A DNA stretch of 64,000 nucleotides from Candidatus Zixiibacteriota bacterium. GTDB taxonomy: Bacteria; Zixibacteria; MSB-5A5; GN15; FEB-12. This document shows, one piece after another, positions 1-9,213 of this stretch. Numbering within the stretch: the first letter of the stretch is position 1; every line of letters starts with the position of its first letter. The translations under genes and the position numbers were made by a program. Location of the stretch: positions 31,180 to 95,179 of the forward strand of contig DAISVY010000003.1 in NCBI GenBank assembly GCA_036826635.1, given 5' to 3'. The notes below the pieces were generated by a model, which worked only from the letters and a program-made list of their open reading frames with translations, had not been told where the DNA came from and ran no database searches.

Positions 1-2
1 AG

Positions 3-101
3 AATCATAACGGGCAGGTTCTGGTCGAAAGCGAAGTGGGAAAAGGCAGTTGCTTCCTGGTGCGGCTCCCCCTTGAGGACGGTGAAAGTGGAAAACGGTA
101 G
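3..101 (+). CDS. Sensor histidine kinase, C-terminal fragment (HATPase_c end; 5' part outside window)
   Basis: Frame 3 reads [32 protein letters not shown]-stop, the G2-box/last strand pattern of HATPase_c; it overlaps the start of the downstream response regulator. Not in the ORF track. Confidence 0.8.
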   Translation, partial: NHNGQVLVESEVGKGSCFLVRLPLEDGESGKR

Positions 102-1464
102 AGACAGTAAATCTTCCCTGGTGCTGATTGCGGACGATGATTCGTCGTTTCTTGCCGCGTTTGGGCAGATGCTTGAGATGCGCGGGCTGAAAACCGTTCC
201 GGTTGGAACCCATTCGGAGGTTTTGCAACAGGTCGGCGAACAGCAATTCGATCTGATGACACTTGATCTGGATTGGGAAAACGAGACCGGTAACGGTCTC
301 GATGTTCTCAGGCAGGTGCAACAGGTCGATCCGCTTCTGCCGGTCGTTATAATCACCGGGCACGGGTCGATTCCAACGGCGGTCGAGGCTACCCGCATGG
401 GCGCCTTTGACTATATCGAAAAGATGCAGGACAGGGAAAAGACTCTCCTGACCATCAAGAACGCCATTGAAGTGGGACGGCTCAAGCGCGAGAATCGGAG
501 TTTTCTTAACGAGATACGCAAGAAGTATGAGATTATCGGCAACAGTGCAGTTATGAAAACGGTCCGTGACCACATTGCCAAGGCCGGTCCGACCGACAGC
601 GTGGTTCTGATAAGCGGGGAGAGCGGCACCGGCAAGGAACTGGTGGCCCGACAGATACACTATCACAGCAATCGTCGGGAGAAAACTTTCGTCTCCGTGG
701 ACAGTGGCACTCTGGCCGATACGCTGGCCGAAAGCGAACTGTTCGGCCACCGCAAGGGGGCGTTCACGGGGGCAGTGCAGGATCGCAAAGGGCTGTTCGA
801 GGAGGCCGAGGGAGGCACGCTGTTCCTGGACGAGATTACCAACGCTTCGCTGTCTCTTCAGGCCCGGCTACTTCACGTGATTCAGGAGAGAGAATTCCGT
901 CGGGTCGGTGATAACAGTGTACGCCGGTGCGACGTGCGCATAATAGCCGCCAGCAATCAGGATTTACCTAAGTTGATAGGCGAAAATGCCTTTCGCGAGG
1001 ATCTCTTCTACCGGCTGAAGGTCATCGAGATTGTCCTGCCGCCGCTGCGCCGGCGGGCCGAGGATATCCCGCTGCTGGTGGAGCGTTTTCTCAAAGTGAA
1101 ATCGCAGCAGTGTGGAAGCCGGCCCAAGCGTCTGACACCCGAAGCGGTCAACATGCTGGTCGACTATGATTGGCCCGGTAACGTGCGCGAGTTGGAGAAT
1201 ACCATTGAGCGCATCGTTATCCTGTCGGAGTCGGAGATTGTCGGCCCGGATGAAATGAAGTCGATCCTCGGCAGCATATGGCTGCAAGATGATACGCCGC
1301 TCAGATCGCTCAACGATATGACGCGGGAGTTCCGCCGCGACTGCATTATCAAGGCTATCAATCTTGCGCAAGGCAAGGTGGCCCGGGCTGCTCAGATTCT
1401 TCAAATAGACCGCACTCATCTTTATAAGCTCATCAACGAGTACGAACTCAAAGACATCCAGTAA
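73..1464 (+). CDS. Sigma54-dependent response regulator (NtrC/AtoC family: REC + AAA+ + Fis-type HTH)
   Basis: REC (VLIADDD, phospho-Asp in LDLDW, TGHG, FDYIEK), Walker A GESGTGKE, intact GAFTGA loop, Walker [16 protein letters not shown]-like, WPGNVREL, C-terminal HTH. Start uncertain (TTG 73, GTG 82 or GTG 88). Confidence 0.95.
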   Translation: MRTVKVENGRDSKSSLVLIADDDSSFLAAFGQMLEMRGLKTVPVGTHSEVLQQVGEQQFDLMTLDLDWENETGNGLDVLRQVQQVDPLLPVVIITGHGSIPTAVEATRMGAFDYIEKMQDREKTLLTIKNAIEVGRLKRENRSFLNEIRKKYEIIGNSAVMKTVRDHIAKAGPTDSVVLISGESGTGKELVARQIHYHSNRREKTFVSVDSGTLADTLAESELFGHRKGAFTGAVQDRKGLFEEAEGGTLFLDEITNASLSLQARLLHVIQEREFRRVGDNSVRRCDVRIIAASNQDLPKLIGENAFREDLFYRLKVIEIVLPPLRRRAEDIPLLVERFLKVKSQQCGSRPKRLTPEAVNMLVDYDWPGNVRELENTIERIVILSESEIVGPDEMKSILGSIWLQDDTPLRSLNDMTREFRRDCIIKAINLAQGKVARAAQILQIDRTHLYKLINEYELKDIQ

Positions 1465-1485
1465 GGGGACAGTGCCAGGAGAATC

Positions 1486-1536
1486 TGTCGCATGCGTGCG
1501 ACAAACCTGCTTGTACTCTGTCGTTAAACGGCAACA
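1486..1536 (+). promoter_or_regulatory. Tandem upstream activator sequences (bEBP enhancer)
   Basis: Perfect palindrome TGTCGCA-N4-TGCGACA (1486-1503) and a degenerate copy TGTCGTT-N4-GGCAACA (1519-1536). Both are TGT-N12-ACA, starts 33 bp apart, about 100-130 bp upstream of a -24/-12 site. Confidence 0.7.
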
Positions 1537-1618
1537 CCGTCAGGTGCCTGCCCGTCACTCGTTTCGCTAACATGTTGTCAGTGACTTGCTTGGAGGAGTA
1601 GCCCGGCTCCTTTCTCAT

Positions 1619-1634
1619 TGGCACGTCACTTGCA
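1619..1634 (+). promoter_or_regulatory. Sigma54 (-24/-12) promoter
   Basis: TGGCACG-TCAC-TTGCA, an exact match to TGGCACG-N4-TTGCW, upstream of CDS 1768. Confidence 0.85.
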
Positions 1635-1767
1635 GTGTGACGGTGTGTCGAAAATGGAAAACAGCATGTCACGTGGCCTACAGTAGAAACTCAAACATGA
1701 TGAACGTGATATCGGCTGCAGTAGCTTCTCGCGGTTACTAAGGCCGAAACAAGGGAGGAAAAAAGCG

Positions 1768-3333
1768 ATGCTGAGAAAACTGAGCCAAATCGTCATTATC
1801 GGTATTCTGGTACTGTCGGCTCAAACGACGCTCCCGAGAGAGCTGGACTATGTTACGGCTGACTTGAGGAACGAAGTCGACGATGTGATTTTCCCAGGTG
1901 AGAATATTGCCGTGTGTGTTGATTATGCCGGTAAAGTCAATTTGACGGCCAAGCTTCAGGCTTTCGCCGTGCCCGGATTCGAGGAACTCTGGTACCGTGA
2001 AATTTCGTTGGGAAAAACCCACCACCAGTGGATATGCAGTATCTGGATTGACACGGTCGCTAACCGCCTGTATGTCGGTAATGGACCCTTATGCGCCGTG
2101 GATATCCGGACCGGCGACGTGCTCTGGACCATCGAGTACAAAGATGTGGGCATTGTCCAGGAGGTCATCCCTTCCGGGAACCACATCGTTGTAATGGGTA
2201 CGGAGAAACGGGGAGAGAAAGGTATCACCAAGGACTTCAATGTGATGGTTTACGAGACGATTAAGAACCACCTGAACCATCCCAAGCTGCTGTGTCTGGA
2301 CAAGGAAACCGGTGAAATCAGCTGGCAATTCGAGTACGAACCGCTGAAGGCGTTTGATTTGAGTTCACAGGTTATAAGCGATGACGCTTCGACTTTCGAG
2401 AAGACTTCCGTTTATCTCAAGGGAAAGTACATATACTGCCTGAACGCCGTTGATGGCTCCTTGCGCTGGAAGAGCGAAGACAAGACGCAAGGCCTGCTTT
2501 GCCTCAATGGCGATGTTCTCTATGCGACCCTGGACAAGCGTCCGGTCGCTATCAACGCCGCAGACGGCACTGTACGGTGGATGAGTGAGGAGAAGATAGG
2601 TGAACACACCATCATGTGCCCCGTTCAGCAAGAACCGGGTCTGCTGGCATTTCAACCGGGAGAGGAAAAAGACGGAGCCTTAATCGGGAAGTACAAGATG
2701 TATGCCCTCTCGGCGACCGATGGTGCTGTGCGGTGGAAATTCGACAAGGGGGAGAACCTCATCCAAATGCACGGTAACGATACCACAGTTCTGTTTATGG
2801 ATGAGAAGAAGTGCTGGCTGGTCAACTTGGTGAACGGCGAAGTTCTCATGGAATCGAAAACGGAGAAAAACTACTGCCACGGGATATTGCTGATGGAACA
2901 AGATGGGCGGCTTACTTTGGGCAAGAAGGGAATTAAGCGATGGAGGAGCAATCTCAAAGGCAACAGCAAAGAACTAACGTGGGAATACGAAGCTGAGCAG
3001 GCCAGGCACGGCGGCGGCTTTTTGAGTGCCGTATTTGACGGTTTGATGAAAGTTGTGACGGGCGAAGTGTTTTTAGCTTCTGTCGGCATCAGCGAAAAAG
3101 CTGCCTACCGAAAGGGCACGTTTACATCCACCGACTACGGAACAATAGGATATAAGGATACAATAATCGTCTTCCCGACACACGACAAGGGTATTCAGGC
3201 CATTTCTGTCGCCGACGGTTCCACCCTGTGGCAGGTCGACATCAAGAACGACCCGTTTCCTTACTACTCTCCGTCGCTTGACTATATGCTGGTGCCGATG
3301 AAGAAGCAAATCCACTTCGTTAATGTGCCCTGA
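1768..3333 (+). CDS. Secreted PQQ-like beta-propeller repeat protein
   Basis: Signal peptide, GGAGG RBS, and recurring AxDxxTGxxxW motifs (AVDIRTGDVLW, CLDKETGEISW, CLNAVDGSLRW, AINAADGTVRW, ALSATDGAVRW, AISVADGSTLW). Confidence 0.85.
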   Translation: MLRKLSQIVIIGILVLSAQTTLPRELDYVTADLRNEVDDVIFPGENIAVCVDYAGKVNLTAKLQAFAVPGFEELWYREISLGKTHHQWICSIWIDTVANRLYVGNGPLCAVDIRTGDVLWTIEYKDVGIVQEVIPSGNHIVVMGTEKRGEKGITKDFNVMVYETIKNHLNHPKLLCLDKETGEISWQFEYEPLKAFDLSSQVISDDASTFEKTSVYLKGKYIYCLNAVDGSLRWKSEDKTQGLLCLNGDVLYATLDKRPVAINAADGTVRWMSEEKIGEHTIMCPVQQEPGLLAFQPGEEKDGALIGKYKMYALSATDGAVRWKFDKGENLIQMHGNDTTVLFMDEKKCWLVNLVNGEVLMESKTEKNYCHGILLMEQDGRLTLGKKGIKRWRSNLKGNSKELTWEYEAEQARHGGGFLSAVFDGLMKVVTGEVFLASVGISEKAAYRKGTFTSTDYGTIGYKDTIIVFPTHDKGIQAISVADGSTLWQVDIKNDPFPYYSPSLDYMLVPMKKQIHFVNVP

Positions 3334-3402
3334 GGGGTTCGGCATTGACGCGATAACGTCTATCGAGAAAAGAGACTATAGATTGGAAGGGAGGTAAACA
3401 CA

Positions 3403-4143
3403 ATGAAAACAAGGCACATATCAAGGACTGTTCACATGGTGCTCTCAACCGTCTTACTGCTGGCCGTCGCGGCTGCTCTGACACCTTTGATCGGCTGTAG
3501 TGACTCAAGCGATTCCGGATCTCCTACGGGTTCCGGACCAGCTCCGGTTTTCGCCATCAAAGACTATTTCATCTTGCAGGCAAACACGGCGATGACTCGT
3601 TGTGAGTTCAACTACAATGAACCTGGTCAGGAGGCTTTTTGCTGGGTCGATTCGGTCGGTCGACAGATTGAGTGCGGCGGGCTTGACGCGTTCGAAGTAT
3701 TCAGAATAGTAGAGCAGACCGGCGGCTCGTGGACGGCTCGCATGTGGGCGTTCTATCGCAACGACTCACTTTTCTTCGCCGACTCGCTGCAGGCCGACAG
3801 TACATTCCGCTATGTCTATCTTGTCATGCCTGCTCAGGTGACGGCCGGGAAAAGCTATTCGATTTCTAATTTCTACATAGACTTCGGGCCGGAGAACAAG
3901 GCTTGTGATATGGCACCACCTGTGCTCTATCCGATTACGGTCCTCGGGCTTGAAGACCTGGTCACTACGAATGGCACTCTATACCGGGATTGCATCAAGT
4001 ACAGCCTGGTGAACGTGCCGGGGGATACGCTATACTGGGTATTGCACCCTTCAGTCGGGTTGGCCAAAGCGTATTCGACCGTGACAAACGAGGGAGTGGA
4101 AACCACCGATATCCGCCACCACAGCGATGGGAGTATGCTCTAA
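3403..4143 (+). CDS. Putative lipoprotein of unknown function
   Basis: Strong RBS (GGAGG), hydrophobic leader ending in lipobox-like LIGC followed by a Ser/Gly/Pro linker. Confidence 0.75.
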   Translation: MKTRHISRTVHMVLSTVLLLAVAAALTPLIGCSDSSDSGSPTGSGPAPVFAIKDYFILQANTAMTRCEFNYNEPGQEAFCWVDSVGRQIECGGLDAFEVFRIVEQTGGSWTARMWAFYRNDSLFFADSLQADSTFRYVYLVMPAQVTAGKSYSISNFYIDFGPENKACDMAPPVLYPITVLGLEDLVTTNGTLYRDCIKYSLVNVPGDTLYWVLHPSVGLAKAYSTVTNEGVETTDIRHHSDGSML

Positions 4144-4186
4144 ACAGTAGTTGCCCGAGATCACTTTCATTTAGAGATTATAGCAT

Positions 4187-4221
4187 GAGGGCGGCACCGA
4201 ATCCTGGTGCCGCTCTTTTTT
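4187..4221 (+). terminator. Rho-independent terminator
   Basis: GGGCGGCACC/GGTGCCGCTC stem followed by T6. Confidence 0.85.
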
Positions 4222-4257
4222 CTTCGGGTTTCTTTCTCTGTGCGATCATACCCAGGT

Positions 4258-4308
4258 TGTGGCGACCGTACGACGTAGTGTTGCCTTGTCTGTTGCCTGA
4301 AGGCAACA
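4258..4308 (+). promoter_or_regulatory. Tandem upstream activator sequences (second copy)
   Basis: Perfect palindrome TGTTGCC-N4-GGCAACA (4291-4308) and a degenerate TGTGGCG-N4-TACGACG starting 33 bp upstream (4258); same motif and spacing as at 1486/1519. Confidence 0.65.
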
Positions 4309-4381
4309 AGCAGAGCGGTAGCTTCGGTGTTTACATTCGTAAGCTATTGCAATGCGAATGGTTCTGAATGTCTGATCGGCC

Positions 4382-4397
4382 TGGCACGGCAGTTGCG
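4382..4397 (+). promoter_or_regulatory. Sigma54 (-24/-12) promoter
   Basis: TGGCACG-GCAG-TTGCG matches TGGCACG-N4-TTGC; supports ATG 4464 rather than 4368 as the start of the next gene. Confidence 0.8.
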
Positions 4398-4463
4398 ATG
4401 AAGTATGACTGCAAGACAAGAGAAAAGAAACCGGCAAAGCAAATTGCCAAGGGAGGAAGAATC

Positions 4464-5180
4464 ATGCGAAGTATCATTGTAATCACAATGGCCGCGTTGC
4501 TGCTCGGAACGAGCACGGACGCGAAAACAGTTCAGGACCGGAATATCCATCTGATCATTTCCTGCTCGCAGAGCGGAGCGGCCCAGGTCTCGCCTCAGAT
4601 AAACGGATCCAACGGATATAACCTGCCGGGCAATGTCAAGGCGTCGTTCGGCGCTCGCGGTCTGGCTTCACTGACGAGGTCGATCTCGCGCTCGTTCGCG
4701 GTAGGGGTCCAGGGCAGTGTATACGCGCAGGTGAAAACCGGTGATCAGTATCAATACTTGAAAACAGCCGCTGCCGGATACGATTTGCTGGGCATTGTGG
4801 AATACCGGTGTGCTTTGAGCTCTGTCTTCGGTTTTAAGGGGACACTGGGTGTCGGTAAAGCTTGGTACGTAAATCCCATGTCCGTCTGTAACTGGGTAGA
4901 TCAGGAAATCTACCCCGGCTATTCCGTTTCGGTCCCGGTGCTTTCGAATTGTAACTTTACTCAGAGCGCTACAGAGATACTTATACAACCGGCGATTGAA
5001 CTTCGGCTGTCCAGTGTAGTGTCATTTGACTTTTTCGGGTCCTATCGACATCTGCCGACCAAATACTCCGATGCGATCATGATCCAGTCGGTTGACGACG
5101 CTGCAATGGAGATACCGAGATTCAAGACGATGGAGTCGAGCTTTACGTTGGGCGTCGGTTTGGGACTGCACATGTTCTAA
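4464..5180 (+). CDS. Outer-membrane beta-barrel protein (OmpA/OmpW-like small barrel)
   Basis: GGAGG RBS before ATG 4464, signal peptide MRSIIVITMAALLLGTSTDA, alternating amphipathic strands, terminal FTLGVGLGLHMF with C-terminal Phe. Confidence 0.7.
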   Translation: MRSIIVITMAALLLGTSTDAKTVQDRNIHLIISCSQSGAAQVSPQINGSNGYNLPGNVKASFGARGLASLTRSISRSFAVGVQGSVYAQVKTGDQYQYLKTAAAGYDLLGIVEYRCALSSVFGFKGTLGVGKAWYVNPMSVCNWVDQEIYPGYSVSVPVLSNCNFTQSATEILIQPAIELRLSSVVSFDFFGSYRHLPTKYSDAIMIQSVDDAAMEIPRFKTMESSFTLGVGLGLHMF

Positions 5181-5257
5181 GTTGTGGCGATTCTGTGACG
5201 TAGGATTGAGGGGGAATGGTCGTGACTGCGCGGTTGCCCGCTCGGTCACGCGTATGG

Positions 5258-5297
5258 AAGCCCGGTGGTGTTACGTGTGCTCGCATCGCCGGGCTTT
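5258..5297 (+). terminator. Hairpin/terminator, member of a local palindrome family
   Basis: AAGCCCGGTGGTG...CATCGCCGGGCTTT; arms resemble hairpins at 20809 and 21935. Confidence 0.6.
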
Positions 5298-5544
5298 GTT
5301 GCGCAGGCAAGATTGACGGCTTACGATTTCGTGGTCACTTGTGTTGCAATTTGTTACGCCATACAGAGTTAAAGACCACGAGGCGACGTTGCTATCAGAT
5401 ATGTCTCCGTAAGAACTTGCGGGGCGAAACCCGGTTGCAGAGAATATGGAAACCGGCGGTGGTGTTGAGCACCGTCGGTTCGTCTATGAACCGATCGTGG
5501 ACGGCAGCCGGTTTTATCTGCGTTCGGAGATGTCTTCTATGAGT

Positions 5545-5573
5545 TTGCATAATCGGCTGGGCGACACTATATT
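5545..5573 (+). promoter_or_regulatory. Sigma70-type promoter, possibly giving a leaderless mRNA
   Basis: TTGCAT-N17-TATATT, 6 nt before ATG 5580; no Shine-Dalgarno sequence. Confidence 0.55.
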
Positions 5574-5579
5574 ATAACA

Positions 5580-6362
5580 ATGGTATCTCGCCGTGAACAA
5601 CCCATGGACGATCCCTCCGGATCACCGGCCGCCGGGCCGACGACGGACCGTGCGGTAACGGAACAACGGATTCGCGTTTACCAGAGACAACTCAGGCGGT
5701 TAACGTCCGAGTTGTCTCTGGCCGAGGCGCGAGAACGTCGCGCAATAGCCTCTGATCTGCATGATCACCTTGGGCAGGCTTTGGCTTATGTGTCACAGCG
5801 AGTGAGTCTGCTTCAGGGCAACGCTGTCTTCTCCGGAATGGAGAAGGAATTTTCCGAAATTCTCTCTATTTTGAGTCAGGCCATAAAATACACCCGGAAT
5901 CTTACGGTCGAGATAAGCCCGCCGGTTCTGTATGAACTGGGTTTGTCGGTTGCCATCGACTGGCTGGCGGAACGGGCCTCTCAGCGCTACAGCTTTCTGG
6001 TTAGCTCTACACAGTCGGGGAGTCCGCAGGAAATCACCGAAGATGTCAGCGTGTTCGTGTTCAAGTCCGTTCAGGAACTGATAAACAATGTTGCCAAGCA
6101 CGCGCAGGCGTCCCAACTGACGATCAACACGAATTGGCAGAAAGATCGGCTTGAGGTCGTGGTAAGCGACGATGGCCGGGGATTTGACACTTCGTTGTTC
6201 AATGCCGGGTTGGCGGATGCCGACTGTTTTGGGTTATTCAGCATACGTGAACGGCTCTCCTACATGGGAGGGGAACTGTCCATAGATTCAGCTACGGGTA
6301 AAGGAAGCCGGATTACACTTTATACTCCGTACCGTATAGCGTCCGAGGCAGACGATGATTAA
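5580..6362 (+). CDS. Cytoplasmic histidine kinase (HisKA_3/NarX-UhpB type) with no sensor domain
   Basis: H-box ERRAIASDLHDHLGQ, N-box ELINNVAKHA, G1 DDGRGFD, G2 FGLFSIRER, GKGSRITL; only about 55 aa before the H-box and no TM segments. Confidence 0.9.
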   Translation: MVSRREQPMDDPSGSPAAGPTTDRAVTEQRIRVYQRQLRRLTSELSLAEARERRAIASDLHDHLGQALAYVSQRVSLLQGNAVFSGMEKEFSEILSILSQAIKYTRNLTVEISPPVLYELGLSVAIDWLAERASQRYSFLVSSTQSGSPQEITEDVSVFVFKSVQELINNVAKHAQASQLTINTNWQKDRLEVVVSDDGRGFDTSLFNAGLADADCFGLFSIRERLSYMGGELSIDSATGKGSRITLYTPYRIASEADDD

Positions 6363-7002
6363 TGTACTTCTGGCTGATGATCATCAGTTATTGATTGACG
6401 GGTTGCGTCCCCTGTTGGACAGAGAGCCGAACATAAGAGTTGTGGGCGTGGCCAAAGACGGGTTCGAAACCGTAACTCTCGCCGGCGAGAAACGGCCGGA
6501 TATCATCTTGCTCGACATTTCCATGCCGGGGCTGAACGGTTTGGACGCGGCCCGGAAAATTCTCAGGGAAAATGGGCATACGAAGATAATTATACTCTCA
6601 ATGCATGCTGATCGGCGGTTCATTCAGCAGTCACTCCGTATCGGAGCCCGTGGATACATACTCAAGGAATGCGCGGCCAGTGAAGTTATCGAAGCCGTGA
6701 AGACCGTGCACAAAGGTGAGCTGTTCTTCAGTCTGGCGGTTCGGGATCTGGTCCTCCGCGATTATGTTGATCGCGTGCGTGAGGGTAAAGATGAGTCCGA
6801 ATCACCGCTGAGCGGCAGGGAACGCGAGGTTCTTCAGATTCTCGCCGAAGGCAAATCAACCAAAGATGCCGCCGCCATTCTTAATGTCAGCGTGAAAACC
6901 GTCGAAAGTCACCGCAAGCAGATAATGGACAAACTCGATCTGCACAGTATCGCCGAACTGACTAAATACGCCATTCGCGAAGGTCTCACCCAATTGCACT
7001 GA
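6355..7002 (+). CDS. NarL/LuxR-family response regulator
   Basis: REC (LLADDH, LLDISMP, LSMH, GYILK) plus LuxR HTH (LSGREREVL...EGKSTKDAAAILNVSVKTVESHRKQIMDKL); overlaps the kinase stop. Confidence 0.95.
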   Translation: MINVLLADDHQLLIDGLRPLLDREPNIRVVGVAKDGFETVTLAGEKRPDIILLDISMPGLNGLDAARKILRENGHTKIIILSMHADRRFIQQSLRIGARGYILKECAASEVIEAVKTVHKGELFFSLAVRDLVLRDYVDRVREGKDESESPLSGREREVLQILAEGKSTKDAAAILNVSVKTVESHRKQIMDKLDLHSIAELTKYAIREGLTQLH

Positions 7003-7050
7003 CCGCTCGGTTTTTGCCAGCCGTTATCCGGCTGTCCGACCGTATGTATC

Positions 7051-7087
7051 TAAGGGATTTCGCAGTCCATAATCAGGATATCCCCTA
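7051..7087 (+). promoter_or_regulatory. Candidate NarL-type binding inverted repeat upstream of amtB
   Basis: TAAGGGATTTCGCA and TCAGGATATCCCCTA form an imperfect inverted pair between the NarL gene and amtB. Confidence 0.4.
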
Positions 7088-7144
7088 TTGTCATATGTCA
7101 CGGTGCCGGACATAATAAACAGTCACTATTAATAGGAGGATGCT

Positions 7145-8350
7145 ATGTTTGACACCGGCAATACCGGGTTTATGCTCGTGGCCACGAGCCTCGTCATGCT
7201 GATGACGCCGGGCCTGGCCTTCTTTTACGGCGGACTGGTAGGGCGCAAAAACGTACTGTCCATTATGATTCAGAGTTTCGTATCGATGGGCGTAACTACC
7301 ATTCTCTGGTACGCAGTCGGTTTCTCGCTCTGTTTCAGTGGCGGTGAGGGAGGCATCATCGGGAATCTTGACATGGCTTTTTTAAGCGGTGTTAATCCCA
7401 TGACGCCGTTCGGTGACGGTCAGATACCGATGCTGGTATTTTTCTCTTACCAGATGATGTTCGCGATCATAACTCCTGCTCTGATCACAGGCGCTTTTTC
7501 GAACCGGGTGCGCTTCCCTGCCTACCTGTTATTTCTGGTTGCCTGGCTTCTCTTGGTGTATTTCCCGTTTGTCCACATGTTGTGGGGTGGCGGACTGCTC
7601 GCCGAGTGGGGAGTGCTTGACTTCGCCGGTGGTATCGCGGTGCACAATATCGCGGGTATGGCCGCTCTTGCATCGGTATTATTTGTAGGACGAAGACGAG
7701 TTGCCGACAAGGGCCCGCACAGTATCCCGTTGGTGGCTCTTGGAACCGGACTCTTGTGGTTTGGCTGGTATGGCTTTAATGCCGGTAGTGAGTTGCAGGT
7801 TGATTCCATCACGGCGCTGGCTTTTGTGAACACTGATATCGCGGCTTCCTGCGCGGCGGTGTCATGGTTGTTCCTTGAGTGGACGCTTTCCAAGAAACCG
7901 AAATTCGTGGGTTTGCTAACCGGTGCCGTGGCTGGTCTGGCCACGATCACACCCGCTGCGGCGTTCGTATCACCGGGCTCGGCCGCTATAATCGGTGTCT
8001 GTGCCGGTATCCTGTGTTACTCGTCGGTGAGTCTTAAGAACAAATTGCGCTGGGACGATGCCCTTGATGTCTGGGGAGTCCACGGCGTGGGCGGAGCGCT
8101 GGGTATAATAATGCTCGGTCTTTTGGGCAGCACGGTTGTCAATCCGGGTGGGGCCGATGGTCTCTTCTTCGGTGGCGATGAGTTCTTCGTGAAAGAACTG
8201 GTGGCCGTGGTTGTCTCTTCCATTTATGCGTTTATCTTTACCTATGTCATGCTCTGGATTATCAACAAAATTACAAGAGTCAAGACGACTGAAGTAGAAG
8301 AATCTACTCTTGATGAGTCCCTCCATGGCGAGAGTGCTTACCTTGGCTGA
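7145..8350 (+). CDS. amtB: Ammonium transporter (Amt family)
   Basis: MTPGLAFFYGGLV, FQ/YQMMFAIITPAL, DFAGGIAVH (His1), LWFGWYGFNAGS, GLATITPAA, DDALDVWGVHGVGG (His2). Confidence 0.97.
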   Translation: MFDTGNTGFMLVATSLVMLMTPGLAFFYGGLVGRKNVLSIMIQSFVSMGVTTILWYAVGFSLCFSGGEGGIIGNLDMAFLSGVNPMTPFGDGQIPMLVFFSYQMMFAIITPALITGAFSNRVRFPAYLLFLVAWLLLVYFPFVHMLWGGGLLAEWGVLDFAGGIAVHNIAGMAALASVLFVGRRRVADKGPHSIPLVALGTGLLWFGWYGFNAGSELQVDSITALAFVNTDIAASCAAVSWLFLEWTLSKKPKFVGLLTGAVAGLATITPAAAFVSPGSAAIIGVCAGILCYSSVSLKNKLRWDDALDVWGVHGVGGALGIIMLGLLGSTVVNPGGADGLFFGGDEFFVKELVAVVVSSIYAFIFTYVMLWIINKITRVKTTEVEESTLDESLHGESAYLG

Positions 8351-8371
8351 TGAATCGAAAGGAAGTCTTGA

Positions 8372-9127
8372 GTGATGTTAAAAGAAATTAGCTTGCGAGT
8401 ACTGTTGATGGTTGCCATCGTGGCGCTGCTGAGCGCATCGGTTGTAGCCGGGGACAAGGTCGCCGTGAATACGGGAGTCGATCTGTATAGCCACTACGTC
8501 TGGCGGGGGATCGATATCGCGAGCACGCCGTCGGTTCAGCCGACTCTCGCGGTCAGCTACGCCGGTTTCGAATTCGGTGTCTGGGGTGCGTATACATTGT
8601 CCGACGATGCCCTGGATTCCGATGAAATTGACTTCTGGCTCGGTTACGGGGTTGATTTGAATAACGGCGTTTCACTGTCGGCGGTGGTTACCGACTACTA
8701 TTTCCCCAACGCCGGGATCGATTTCTTCAACTTCAACAACTACGATGCCGTCATTGACGATACCATTCCCGATCCGGGTGCCCACACCGTGGAGGTGGGG
8801 CTTTCGGTCACGGGGCCCGAGTCTTTTCCCGTCACTCTGTCGGGTTATGTGAACGTGCACAACGACGAGGGCAACAATATGTACTTCCAACTGGACTATC
8901 CGCTCACCGTTCAGGAGACGGAACTCAATTTCTTCTGTGGTGCCACGTCCGGCAGTGAAGATAACCCGGATTATTACGGAAGTGATGATTTCGAGGTTAT
9001 CAATGTCGGTGTGTCCGCGTCGCGTGAGGTCAAGGTGTCGGAGAGTCTTTCTTTGCCGCTCGATGTGTCTTTCATCCTCAATCCTGAGGCGAAAATATCA
9101 TATCTGGTGGTGGGGATGAGCTTCTGA
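8372..9127 (+). CDS. Putative outer-membrane porin (TorF/TIGR02001-like beta-barrel)
   Basis: Signal peptide, DLYSHYVWRG and PSVQP motifs, EIDFWLGY, aromatic C-terminus YLVVGMSF; 21 nt after amtB. Confidence 0.7.
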   Translation: MMLKEISLRVLLMVAIVALLSASVVAGDKVAVNTGVDLYSHYVWRGIDIASTPSVQPTLAVSYAGFEFGVWGAYTLSDDALDSDEIDFWLGYGVDLNNGVSLSAVVTDYYFPNAGIDFFNFNNYDAVIDDTIPDPGAHTVEVGLSVTGPESFPVTLSGYVNVHNDEGNNMYFQLDYPLTVQETELNFFCGATSGSEDNPDYYGSDDFEVINVGVSASREVKVSESLSLPLDVSFILNPEAKISYLVVGMSF

Positions 9128-9150
9128 TCGTTTGGAAGTAAAACCTTCGA

Positions 9151-9188
9151 AAGGGTCCCGTGTTCATAACCGGGGCCCTTCTTTTTTT
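9151..9188 (+). terminator. Rho-independent terminator
   Basis: AAGGGTCCCG/CGGGGCCCTT stem followed by CTTTTTTT. Confidence 0.85.
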
Positions 9189-9213
9189 GTCGACGTATCA
9201 CCGACGCACGCGA

